The position numbers were made by a program, and so were the translations under genes. Positions 50,974 through 60,012 of a DNA stretch of 64,000 bases are shown piece by piece. The notes below the pieces were generated by a model. It saw only the letters and a program-made list of their open reading frames with translations. It made no database searches and was not told the origin of the DNA. Source of the DNA: Candidatus Hydrothermarchaeum profundi (GTDB lineage Archaea > Hydrothermarchaeota > Hydrothermarchaeia > Hydrothermarchaeales > Hydrothermarchaeaceae); NCBI GenBank assembly GCA_002011125.2, contig MTMF02000009.1:1224989-1288988 (forward strand), given 5' to 3'. Positions within the stretch are counted from its first letter, which is position 1, and the number at the start of each line of letters is the position of its first letter.

Positions 50974-52836
50974 TTACTGTAGAAATAACTGAGATATCCA
51001 TATCGCAGAAGTAAAAAGTATTACAGCGATTATCAAATTTTTTCCAGTTTCCATTTTTTTCAGTATACTATCATTGCCTGCTAATAATTCAGACATGAAA
51101 ATAGAAAATATTATGACCATTTCTATTAAATATAGTCCTATTATAAGTTGCAATATGCCTGTTGGAATGGTAGTAATCCCCAGTTTAGTTAGTCCGAGGT
51201 TTGTGCCAAATGGAATAGAGGACTCTTCTATCTGAGGGAATTTCCCGGCATTGATCTCGGATAATTTTGAGTTCATCATTTTCTGAATTGTAACAATAAC
51301 TCCAGCCATTAAAGGACCAAAAAAAATTACAGTAGAACGTAGTGAAGATATTACATCATCTAATTTACTCTCAATTCTTTTGTCTAGCTCTTTTAGCTTA
51401 AAGAGGTGCTCTCTGTTCCTAGAAATTACTTCAATTAACGCTTGGTTTCCCTTATCAACCGAATCTGCTATCATCTCAAGAGCGTCTCTTATTGCAACAG
51501 AGTAAACGTCAGATAATGAGCCCTCCTCTTCGAAAAGCGACGAATATAGGTTTTTTCTTGATAATAGTATGTTATCACTTGTTTTCTTGAATATGTCTCC
51601 TATTTTACTTCCCTTCATCACTTCTCCTACTTTAAAAAATGCATCTTCAATAGGTCTTCCATCAGAAACTCTACTTTCCAGTTGAGTTAAAGCTTCAATG
51701 AAATCTTCTTCGAGAGATTTAGTTTCTTCTCTAAGTTTGTTTAAGTGATAATTTGTGGCTATTAGATATGTTGATATGCTTAAAACTAGCCCCCATATTA
51801 TGAATATGGTTGGATTGAAACCTGCAGTTGATGCTTCTAGATTGCCAGATATAAATATGAGGTATACACTAACTAATGAAATCAAGGCAGGCGTTAATAG
51901 AATAATTTTCTTTCTTAAAATCTTATTAGTGACTTTATTATTTCCATAATTCAGGCATGGCATTGTAATGTTCAAGGGTAAGGAAGTTATAGGCCTTTTT
52001 GAAAGAATTTTCCGTGCCCACAGATAAACAATCAGCGGTATAAATATATCGTAAGCTAAAAACATAGAGTTTACGCCAATAGATGCTCCAACATATGATA
52101 GAGCTGGAAGGACTGCTATCATTACGAGGGGGAGAATCATTCCAACGAAATATAAGCTGAGTGTAGGAATGCTCAGTTTTCTTGAGAAAGTATCCATTTT
52201 TTCTAGAGTACCCTCTATAATAAGGTCTACTGCTCTATCCACCATCCTCTGCCTTTTATCTTCGCTTCTTTCTAACAGAGAAGACTTCATTAAGTAGATA
52301 GAATTAGTAAAGTCTCTATTCCAGCGTTTCCACTTTTCTCCGGATACTGTTAGGGCTTCATCTAAGTCATTATATACCCTCATGTGAGTATTCCATAACA
52401 TTTTTTTAAATTCAATTCCCATCTGTCCCCTTGTTTTGTGAGCAGCAAATTCAACGGCTTTTTCTAAGTTCGGAACAGTTTTTAAAGAAATTGCCATATA
52501 GCTTATTGATTCCGGCATAGTGATGAGAGCCTTTACCTTGATATTTTCGGAGTAGATTCTTGGATAATTCCCTAAATAATGTAAAACAATGATGGGAATG
52601 AAAATTGATGCAAGCAATATATAACTCCATGCGTAGCCAAGTACAAAGGCTAGAATTGTTAAAAAAGAAAGGAATATGCTTAAGACAATTGCAGAACCAT
52701 AAGTCAAAGCTCTCGCGTCTTGTACGTCTACATCAAGATTAGAAAAATTAAGATACTCGTAAAATTCTTCGCTAAGATCTCCTTTAAACCAAGAAAATAA
52801 TCTCCCCCCCACTTTACAGGCTTTTTCATACCACAT
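50974..52836 (-). CDS. Large GspF/TadB-TadC-like membrane platform protein
   Basis: Two TM clusters each with a helical cytoplasmic domain (MPESISYMA..PNLEKAVEFAA; ALTQLESRVSDGRPIEDAF); overlaps the ATPase gene. Confidence 0.8.
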   Translation of the reverse strand: MWYEKACKVGGRLFSWFKGDLSEEFYEYLNFSNLDVDVQDARALTYGSAIVLSIFLSFLTILAFVLGYAWSYILLASIFIPIIVLHYLGNYPRIYSENIKVKALITMPESISYMAISLKTVPNLEKAVEFAAHKTRGQMGIEFKKMLWNTHMRVYNDLDEALTVSGEKWKRWNRDFTNSIYLMKSSLLERSEDKRQRMVDRAVDLIIEGTLEKMDTFSRKLSIPTLSLYFVGMILPLVMIAVLPALSYVGASIGVNSMFLAYDIFIPLIVYLWARKILSKRPITSLPLNITMPCLNYGNNKVTNKILRKKIILLTPALISLVSVYLIFISGNLEASTAGFNPTIFIIWGLVLSISTYLIATNYHLNKLREETKSLEEDFIEALTQLESRVSDGRPIEDAFFKVGEVMKGSKIGDIFKKTSDNILLSRKNLYSSLFEEEGSLSDVYSVAIRDALEMIADSVDKGNQALIEVISRNREHLFKLKELDKRIESKLDDVISSLRSTVIFFGPLMAGVIVTIQKMMNSKLSEINAGKFPQIEESSIPFGTNLGLTKLGITTIPTGILQLIIGLYLIEMVIIFSIFMSELLAGNDSILKKMETGKNLIIAVILFTSAIWISQLFLQ

Positions 52837-55069
52837 TTCTTATCTCTTCTATATAATCTAAGAACCACTCTGTCCATTTTTGGAATAAAAGGTCATAGTC
52901 TCTTGTTTCAAGAGTGATTTGTTCTTCGTTTAGCATCCTTAGCATATTGTTGGCGTTTACTACATGTTCCACTTCAAGGATATCTTTAAACTGTTTTTCT
53001 GCGCTTATGTCAACCATGAATCTTTTTATTTTGGATCGCAATTCTATATTCTTTAATGCTTCTTCCATCCCTATATTCCATTTCTTAGCTATTGACGTTA
53101 TGACCCGAGAATCATAGAAGTGTTCAGTAAACTCTAATCGGTCGTTTGAAGGATTATATACCATAAGATCGCTGAAGACTTCTTTAGGATCCGGATTAGA
53201 GGAATACCAATCTTTATTTACTTCAGAAATCTGAAGAACCCTCCTATACCTCTTTAGGCCGCCACCTATCCTAATTGGAGCTGCCGTCATCACGATATCA
53301 GTTGACTTAAAGGAACTAGCGGGTATACCCATGTCGTACACTACTCTCTCAAAAACACTTTGACTAGAGGCTCCGTGAATAGTCCCCATAACTGCGTTCC
53401 CTGCGGCTCCTATTCTCATAGACTCGTATAAAATCCTAGTTTCAGGGCCTCTGACCTCACCTATTACGAGTACCGATTCCCCTAATCGTAGAGCGGTAGA
53501 TAATGCCTCTTGGGGAGTTATTTCTGTTTCGGATTTTCCTGTAGTGGATTGAATTTTTAATCTCTGAATTCTAAAACCAGCAGCATTTAAAGTAGATGCT
53601 GGTATCTCCAATGTATCCTCAATAGTTAAGACCCGGGAGTTAGGAGTCAACTCGCTTAAAAGCGAGACCAATAAACTTGTCTTTCCTGATCCTCTTGAGC
53701 CTGTTACAAGTAAAGTTACTTGTCCATCTATCAAAAAACTAAGGAGCCCAGCAGCCTCGCTATTTATAGTTTTATTTGCGATAAATTGCGGGAGAGTCCA
53801 AGGCGTAGTCTTTTGTCTTCTTAATGCAAATGCAAGACCATCCGGACTTAAAGGCCTACCTATAGTTGCTACTCTAGTCCCTAGTTCTGGGAGTTCAATT
53901 TCTAAAATTGGATTTGCCTCTGAAAATGCTCTACCGCTTCTTGCTCTAAATCGTGAAATAAGGCTTTTTGTATCGTTTTCTGTCAAAAATATATTGGTAA
54001 CACAATCTTCGACTTGTGAATGGTTTAAGCATACTGGTGTTTTACTTGCTGGGGCATTCACATATACATCTTGGACGTAGGGGTCAGAAAGTAGAGTTTC
54101 CAGTATGCCCATGCCCGCCGTATACTTTGTTATTATTTCCGATAGTTCCTCGATTTTATTTTGAGTGAAGTTTATATCTTTTTTAGCGATTTTAGCTATC
54201 TCCCTCCTTGCGAGTTTAAAAAAATATTCTCTAGTCTTCGTCGGGTTTGAGAAGTCTATGGACTTCGGAGTATGTTTCAACATTTTCTCTCTTGCACTGT
54301 GTATTATCTCAAGATCTTTTGAAGTAAGGCTGTATTCTGCCGGGGAGACGAAATATATATGCTCTGGCTTATTATTTGGAAGAAAAAGTCTTACTAAAGT
54401 GTCTTTCACTTTGTATGTGGATATTAAGATTGAGTCTTCAGGCGGTTCTAAAAGTATTCTTGATGTAGAAAAATATGGCTTTACTAGAGGATGTAAAAAT
54501 TTTTTATAGATCTTTCTATTTTGGGGATCGTTAAATTTTCTTTGATATCTCTTTACCTTTCTTAAAAAATTATTATTTTCATAGATTTTTAGTATATCTT
54601 CAAGGAATTCAACGTGGTATATTCTACACTCAAGGCATTCTTCAGTATTGCTTAGCTCTGCTTTTCGGCGTTCCTGACGCGTATATTTTAAAAGCTCATA
54701 ATATGAGTATCTGGGATTTTTTGGAAGAGTATTTTCTATTTCTTCTAAAGTGCGCCGTCTTTTTTCTACGCATCTATCACATTCTTGTCCGGCGGGTATC
54801 AGAGGATTTGTATGAGAATCTTTTATCTTCTCATATAATTCAGCAAGTTTTGTTATAGTGATGGCTTGATTTTTAGTGTATTCCCTCTCAATAAGGCCGC
54901 TTAGAATTATTAGATCAATATCTAGTTCTTCATACAATATATTAATAATCCCCTTCATACAAGTCTCGCTATCCTCTATGGACATTCCATGAATGCAGTT
55001 TTTACAAGTAATTTTCAGAATTCTTTTATTTTCTTCTGTTTTAATCGTGTAAGGGCAGCTATTGGTCAT
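52826..55069 (-). CDS. VirB11/TadA/FlaI-family secretion ATPase with long Cys-rich N-terminus
   Basis: QDVYVNAP, PLSPDG..ALRR, Walker A GSRGSGKT, TIEDTLE, LRLG..VIGEVRG, TIHG; N-terminal CKNC, CDRC, CLEC. Confidence 0.92.
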   Translation of the reverse strand: MTNSCPYTIKTEENKRILKITCKNCIHGMSIEDSETCMKGIINILYEELDIDLIILSGLIEREYTKNQAITITKLAELYEKIKDSHTNPLIPAGQECDRCVEKRRRTLEEIENTLPKNPRYSYYELLKYTRQERRKAELSNTEECLECRIYHVEFLEDILKIYENNNFLRKVKRYQRKFNDPQNRKIYKKFLHPLVKPYFSTSRILLEPPEDSILISTYKVKDTLVRLFLPNNKPEHIYFVSPAEYSLTSKDLEIIHSAREKMLKHTPKSIDFSNPTKTREYFFKLARREIAKIAKKDINFTQNKIEELSEIITKYTAGMGILETLLSDPYVQDVYVNAPASKTPVCLNHSQVEDCVTNIFLTENDTKSLISRFRARSGRAFSEANPILEIELPELGTRVATIGRPLSPDGLAFALRRQKTTPWTLPQFIANKTINSEAAGLLSFLIDGQVTLLVTGSRGSGKTSLLVSLLSELTPNSRVLTIEDTLEIPASTLNAAGFRIQRLKIQSTTGKSETEITPQEALSTALRLGESVLVIGEVRGPETRILYESMRIGAAGNAVMGTIHGASSQSVFERVVYDMGIPASSFKSTDIVMTAAPIRIGGGLKRYRRVLQISEVNKDWYSSNPDPKEVFSDLMVYNPSNDRLEFTEHFYDSRVITSIAKKWNIGMEEALKNIELRSKIKRFMVDISAEKQFKDILEVEHVVNANNMLRMLNEEQITLETRDYDLLFQKWTEWFLDYIEEIRNVV

Positions 55070-55313
55070 CTTTATTTTCAGTTAGTTCTAAATATTTACG
55101 GAACGAACTGAACTCACTTTTTAAAGTAGGAATATCTTTTAAAATAATTTCAAGGATTTTCTCAGTATTCTTAATTATCTTGCTTTCAAGAGACTTTAAT
55201 GCCGCTTCAGTTAGATCCAGGCGTTGTTCTAACATTCTGGCGCTAGATTCGACATTCGTTATCCGTTTATTTAGTTGTATTATGCTTTGTCTTATCTCTT
55301 CGCTTTCCTTCAT
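55059..55313 (-). CDS. Small coiled-coil protein
   Basis: 84 aa heptad pattern; overlaps the ATPase start. Confidence 0.7.
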   Translation of the reverse strand: MKESEEIRQSIIQLNKRITNVESSARMLEQRLDLTEAALKSLESKIIKNTEKILEIILKDIPTLKSEFSSFRKYLELTENKDDQ

Positions 55314-55377
55314 ATTTAAAATTCAAAAATAATGCAATATTTAAGGCATTTGAAACTTGAAAAAAATAATTTTTGCG

Positions 55378-56079
55378 TTATTTTTTATTTAATAGCCTAA
55401 TTATGAGATAAATTGCTTTTTCTAAATTTTTTAAAGCGTGGTTCAAGTCTTCAAGTAGAAATTTTTCCCAATCCTTTTTGAACTTTATATTACTAAATTC
55501 TTGGCTTTCTCTTGCTTTTTGGGTACTTCTGTATAGTTCATTGAGATTATCTAAAAATAGTAGATATTCAGGGTCGTCAGATATTATTAGGAAGAAATTT
55601 CCTAAGAGCATCTCAAGTTCTTCAAAACGGATTAAGAGGGCTGTTAGTACGTTGAGTAGATTATCTATATTTTTAGTTAAATTGGCTTTTTTCTTGAGAG
55701 TTATTATATCTTTCTTAGTATTTTCCAGTTCTGTTTTTATGTCTTTATCTTTTTCTAAAACCAACAGTATAATACTGTTGTGTAAGGATCCAAATTTTTC
55801 TTTAGTCTCTATCTCATCTTGTTTTTGGTAGGATTTCCAGTCAAATGAGCTATAAATATTTGCAAATCTAGTACTCTCGCGAAGCCTCTCACAACTTGCA
55901 ATGAACTCATTTAGTGAATATCTCAAAAGCTTTCTAGTAATATTATCGGGTGATTTATACAGCAAGTGCTCAGATAATAGTGTAATTTGATTTGATTCCT
56001 CTAGAAGTTTTTTAGGGTTTTTTGCCTTGAGTGCTATTAGTTTTATTTTCGTTAGGTTGTCACTCATCGTTCTTATCAA
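55378..56079 (-). CDS. Alpha-helical hypothetical protein
   Basis: 233-aa Leu-rich ORF overlapping the upstream gene, within an operon. Confidence 0.7.
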   Translation of the reverse strand: MIRTMSDNLTKIKLIALKAKNPKKLLEESNQITLLSEHLLYKSPDNITRKLLRYSLNEFIASCERLRESTRFANIYSSFDWKSYQKQDEIETKEKFGSLHNSIILLVLEKDKDIKTELENTKKDIITLKKKANLTKNIDNLLNVLTALLIRFEELEMLLGNFFLIISDDPEYLLFLDNLNELYRSTQKARESQEFSNIKFKKDWEKFLLEDLNHALKNLEKAIYLIIRLLNKK

Positions 56080-56326
56080 CCAGCCGTGAAGCCCTCTGAA
56101 CTAGCATTTTCTGATCGTTTAGTTCTCTTTTTATTTTGTTTATTTCATCTTTGAGAAACCTAATTTCTACATCTAAGGTATGGGTATTTTTTGGGGGTTT
56201 ATCTTCTTCTGAAACTTTGGTATACTCTCCTAGTTGTTTTTTAAGCGTGTCACTTAAGTCTTCTTCATTGAGTATCTCTTTAAGATCTTCTTCGTCTATG
56301 ATACCTATAGTCCTCTTTCTACTCAT
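56060..56326 (-). CDS. Small acidic/coiled-coil protein
   Basis: 88 aa; overlaps the MinD-like gene stop; C-terminal heptads. Confidence 0.7.
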   Translation of the reverse strand: MSRKRTIGIIDEEDLKEILNEEDLSDTLKKQLGEYTKVSEEDKPPKNTHTLDVEIRFLKDEINKIKRELNDQKMLVQRASRLVDKNDE

Positions 56327-57032
56327 AGTCTCTTCCTGCTACGTCATAGGCTATTCTGTTAATTTCTTTTGAAATAGTATTATTCGGATATTCGATGATT
56401 ATTGGCCTCTTCCTCCTATAACATTCCTCGGCTTTATGATCATCCGGTATAACTCCTAGAATAGGCGTGTCAAAATAGATTTCAATTTGCCTTAAAATAC
56501 CTCGGCCTACGTTAGGTGGCACTTTATTAACTATTACTCCTCTTGTTCTCACGTTAAGGGCATCTGCAATCTTCTTAAGTTTTAACGCACTTGTTACTGC
56601 GGGAGGATTTGGATTCGTCACTATAATTATTTCATCAGCAAGTTTCATGGAAATGAGGGAAGGCTTGCCTATTCCGGCTGGTCCGTCGACTATTATGATA
56701 CTGAAATTATTTGCTAGAGATTTTATCACATCAATAAATTTGAATGCATCCATTTCGAAAAAAGTCTTGATAGGTATCTTGTTAGGTAGGATACTCAGAT
56801 TAGGGTAAAAGTCTTCTATAATTGCATCTTCAATATAAGCTCTTCCTTCGAGGACATCCTTAAAGTTATTTATTTTAGGTTTTATATCGAAGATTAAATA
56901 AAGACTTGCGGCGCCGAAGTCTCCTTCTACTACCAATATCTTCTCTTTAAGTCTGGAGAGAGCCAGAGAAAGATTAGCCGCAATTGTAGTTTTGCCGACT
57001 CCGCCTCTATTAGAAAGTAGGGTATAGATCAT
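56319..57032 (-). CDS. MinD/ParA-family ATPase (atypical)
   Basis: SNRGGVGKTT, VVEGDFG, IIVDGPAG, VIVNKV, GVIPDD. Confidence 0.88.
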   Translation of the reverse strand: MIYTLLSNRGGVGKTTIAANLSLALSRLKEKILVVEGDFGAASLYLIFDIKPKINNFKDVLEGRAYIEDAIIEDFYPNLSILPNKIPIKTFFEMDAFKFIDVIKSLANNFSIIIVDGPAGIGKPSLISMKLADEIIIVTNPNPPAVTSALKLKKIADALNVRTRGVIVNKVPPNVGRGILRQIEIYFDTPILGVIPDDHKAEECYRRKRPIIIEYPNNTISKEINRIAYDVAGRDYE

Positions 57033-57096
57033 TAGCTCCCTATATGCGAGGTATACCTATTAATTTTTTTGAAAGCTGAAAAAAATGCATTTTAAA

Positions 57097-57142
57097 TGGT
57101 CTCTATTGGAAACCGGACTTCCAAGACCAAAACCTTTTTATA
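57097..57142 (+). promoter_or_regulatory. Inverted repeat directly upstream of a BRE/TATA-like element
   Basis: TTGGAA-N7-TTCCAA (57106-57124) nested in TGGTC/GACCA, followed by AAACCTTTTTATA. Confidence 0.45.
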
Positions 57143-57180
57143 GTGCTTTTATATTAGAGGTCTAACGGAGGTAGGTTACT

Positions 57181-57414
57181 ATGACGTACTATATAAATGG
57201 ATTAGAATATCTTGGAAGGAATGTGAAAATAAAAGGAAAGGAAATGAAAGGGGTTGAGGCAAAGCGTTTCGTAACTCTTAAAAAAACTGATAAAATGCCT
57301 TCCCGTGATGAGGTTATTGAGCTTGCTAAGAGTAATCCAAAAGTAAAGAAAGTCTGGGTCATGCAGATGGAAGGCAACAAGTGGAAAAAGGTGATGGATG
57401 TTATAAATCTCTAA
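57181..57414 (+). CDS. 77-aa basic hypothetical protein
   Basis: Strong SD GGAGGT, TATA upstream, 15 Lys + 3 Arg. Confidence 0.8.
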   Translation: MTYYINGLEYLGRNVKIKGKEMKGVEAKRFVTLKKTDKMPSRDEVIELAKSNPKVKKVWVMQMEGNKWKKVMDVINL

Positions 57415-58160
57415 GCCTTTTCCACTTCTTCTATTTTTTTCGCTAATTCCACTATAGCTTTGTATGAGTTGCTATGATTCATATCGGCTAAGGGAACTCC
57501 TTCCATGTCGGCTTTAATAACTGTTTCGTCAAAGGGCACATAAGCGATAACTTCAAAATTTAAACCTTTTTTAATTAAATTCAGTTGTTTATTGCTCGTT
57601 ATCTTATTTGCTACTCCATACACATTCTTAATCCCGATATCTTTGGCGAGTTCATGGATCCTATTCGCAGTTTCTACTGACTTAAAGCTAGGCTCACATA
57701 TGACAAGCATCAAATCAAATCTCTCTGCCGTTTTTCTGCCTAAATGCTCTATCCCTGCCTCTGTGTCAAGGATGAGTACTTCATCTCTCTTAAGCACTAG
57801 ATGTCTAAGTAATGCTCTGAGAAATGTGTTCTCTGGGCACATACATCCTTCTCCCCCTTCTTCTACGGTCCCCATTACAATTAGCTTTATATTATTCTTA
57901 TTTGACGAGTAATTGTTGACTATATCATCTACTTTGGGGTTTAGATTGTATAATCCCTGTCCTATAACCGTTCTCTCATTTATGAGATCTTTTAGCTCTG
58001 AAATAGGAGCGGGGTTCTCAACTCCTATGGATGTATGGAGGTTCATGGAGGGATCAGAGTCTACCGCTATGACTCTATGTTTCTCTGCCAGTATCCTAGC
58101 TAATGAGCCTGCTATAGTTGTTTTACCAACCCCCCCTTTACCCGCGATTACTATTTTCAC
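57411..58160 (-). CDS. cooC: CooC/AcsF nickel-insertion ATPase
   Basis: GKGGVGKT, DSDP, LNPKVDD, GCMCPE (CxC), DTEAGIEHLGR. Confidence 0.92.
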   Translation of the reverse strand: MKIVIAGKGGVGKTTIAGSLARILAEKHRVIAVDSDPSMNLHTSIGVENPAPISELKDLINERTVIGQGLYNLNPKVDDIVNNYSSNKNNIKLIVMGTVEEGGEGCMCPENTFLRALLRHLVLKRDEVLILDTEAGIEHLGRKTAERFDLMLVICEPSFKSVETANRIHELAKDIGIKNVYGVANKITSNKQLNLIKKGLNFEVIAYVPFDETVIKADMEGVPLADMNHSNSYKAIVELAKKIEEVEKA

Positions 58161-58771
58161 TGTTTTTCACCTGGGATATTTTCAAGTAAAGCTATGGCTC
58201 GATTGTATTCATTCAGCTTTAAGAAAAATTCTTCTTCCGTTATTCTGCCTTCAATTCTTGCGTTAGCTAATTCTAATTTAAGTTGTTCAATTTTTTCTAC
58301 AGTATCTTTCTCCAGGGGATCTGTGTTTATCCTCAACTCAAGTTCATCAGGAATGCCATCGTTATCGGTATCTATTTTACTGCTTCCTTTTTCTACATCA
58401 CTTCCTGCGTCACTCTCTCTGTCAGAAGTAGGGGAGACTTCGCCCTCTAATCCTTCATTTTCTTCCAGATACGATGCCACTATAGCATTCGCCCTTGCTA
58501 GGCTATAGCTACAAGTTGGGTCTAAATTCCTACATGCTGCAAGGCTTCCATAACCGCACCCACAAGTACATTGTTCTCGCTTAAGTACTCTCAATACTTC
58601 CAGTTTTTGTAGTTCGGTCAAACCAGAGAAGTCTACTCCAGGTATAAAAGTATAAAAATTTACGGGAGTATTCTCAGCCGTTTTTGGTGGTGCTGAAAGG
58701 AGAGAATAACCAAGAGTAGAAGTGATCATAATTATTACTGCCAGGATTGCTAGTACCTGCCGCTTTTCCAT
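58157..58771 (-). CDS. Membrane-anchored/secreted Cys-rich protein with Ca-binding motif
   Basis: N-terminal TM, IPGVDFSGL..CTCGCG..C..DPTC, DTDNDGIPDELE..TDP; stop overlaps the cooC start. Confidence 0.75.
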   Translation of the reverse strand: MEKRQVLAILAVIIMITSTLGYSLLSAPPKTAENTPVNFYTFIPGVDFSGLTELQKLEVLRVLKREQCTCGCGYGSLAACRNLDPTCSYSLARANAIVASYLEENEGLEGEVSPTSDRESDAGSDVEKGSSKIDTDNDGIPDELELRINTDPLEKDTVEKIEQLKLELANARIEGRITEEEFFLKLNEYNRAIALLENIPGEKQ

Positions 58772-58860
58772 GCAAGCTTTTAAAACTTTAACGAAAACAA
58801 ATTTCTTCTCCTTATTTTAAGACCAGTAAGATTTATTTTAGTTTAGACTCATCTTCATTT

Positions 58861-60012
58861 ATGGAGAAAAAAAGTAATAGGCTGGATGGAAAAAGGATAG
58901 CACTCTGTATTACAGGTAGTATCGCAGCTATTGAGTCCCCAAAATTAGCAAGAGAACTGAGGAGGCATGGCGCAGAGGTTTGGGCTTTTATGACCTCTGG
59001 GGCATTAGATATCATTGGCCAGAATGCGATGGAATTTGCTTCTAGCAAACAAGTTATAACGAAGATTACTGGCAAGGTTGAACATCTCCAGGAGTTTGAT
59101 GTAGTCCTAGTAGCTCCAGCGACTGCGAATATTATAGGTAAGGTGGCAAATGGTATAGCTGATTCTGCAGTAACTACGCTCATACTTTCAACAAATGCGA
59201 GGGTGATCTTTGCGCCGTCAATGCATCTTACAATGTATAAAAACAAAATGTTTAGAGAAAACCTCGATAAGCTTACTCGAGCAGGATATGGAGTAATCGA
59301 ACCTTTAATAGAAGAAAAAACTGCTAAGATGGCGCCTATAGAGGATATAGTGGAAAGAGTGGTTTATGAATTGTATAAAAAAGACCTGGAAGGTAGGAAA
59401 GTAGTCATTACGGCAGGTCCTACCATTGAATATATCGATCCTATTAGAATAATAACGAATAAGAGTTCTGGGAAGATGGGTGTAGCCCTCGCTAAGGAAG
59501 CTTATTTTAGAGGAGCGGATGTTAAGCTTATCTACGGCAGGGGTACTGAGAAAGTTCCTACTTATCTAGATGTTGAGGAAGTAGAAACAGGAGAGGAAAT
59601 GCTTGAGGCTTCTCTTAGGAGCTTACCATGTGATATATTTATTTCTGCAGCCGCTGTGTCAGACTTTACACTTAAAGCAAGCGATGAAAAACTGGACTCC
59701 ACTAAGGAAATTACTTTGAGGCTTGTTCCTGCTCCGAAGGTGTTGGAAAGAATAAAGAATTATGGAGGGGTTAAGGTTGGTTTTAAGGCTCTTTATAAGG
59801 CGGATAAGGATAAAATCTTAGAGGCAGCGTATGGAATAAAGGAAAAGTATGGTCTAAGCCTTGTAGTAGCTAATGACGTATCTAGAGATATTTTAGGCGC
59901 ATATGAAACTGAGGCATACCTTATTTCTAATTCTGGCGTTGAATATTTTCCAAGAGCTAGTAAGTTTGAGCTTGCAGCAAAAATATTTGATATCTTAAGC
60001 GGGATTTTATGA
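58861..60012 (+). CDS. coaBC: Phosphopantothenoylcysteine decarboxylase/ligase
   Basis: TGSIAA, APATANII, PSMH, TAGPT..IDPIR, NKSSGKMG, AAAVSDF, VGFK, VAND. Confidence 0.96.
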   Translation: MEKKSNRLDGKRIALCITGSIAAIESPKLARELRRHGAEVWAFMTSGALDIIGQNAMEFASSKQVITKITGKVEHLQEFDVVLVAPATANIIGKVANGIADSAVTTLILSTNARVIFAPSMHLTMYKNKMFRENLDKLTRAGYGVIEPLIEEKTAKMAPIEDIVERVVYELYKKDLEGRKVVITAGPTIEYIDPIRIITNKSSGKMGVALAKEAYFRGADVKLIYGRGTEKVPTYLDVEEVETGEEMLEASLRSLPCDIFISAAAVSDFTLKASDEKLDSTKEITLRLVPAPKVLERIKNYGGVKVGFKALYKADKDKILEAAYGIKEKYGLSLVVANDVSRDILGAYETEAYLISNSGVEYFPRASKFELAAKIFDILSGIL

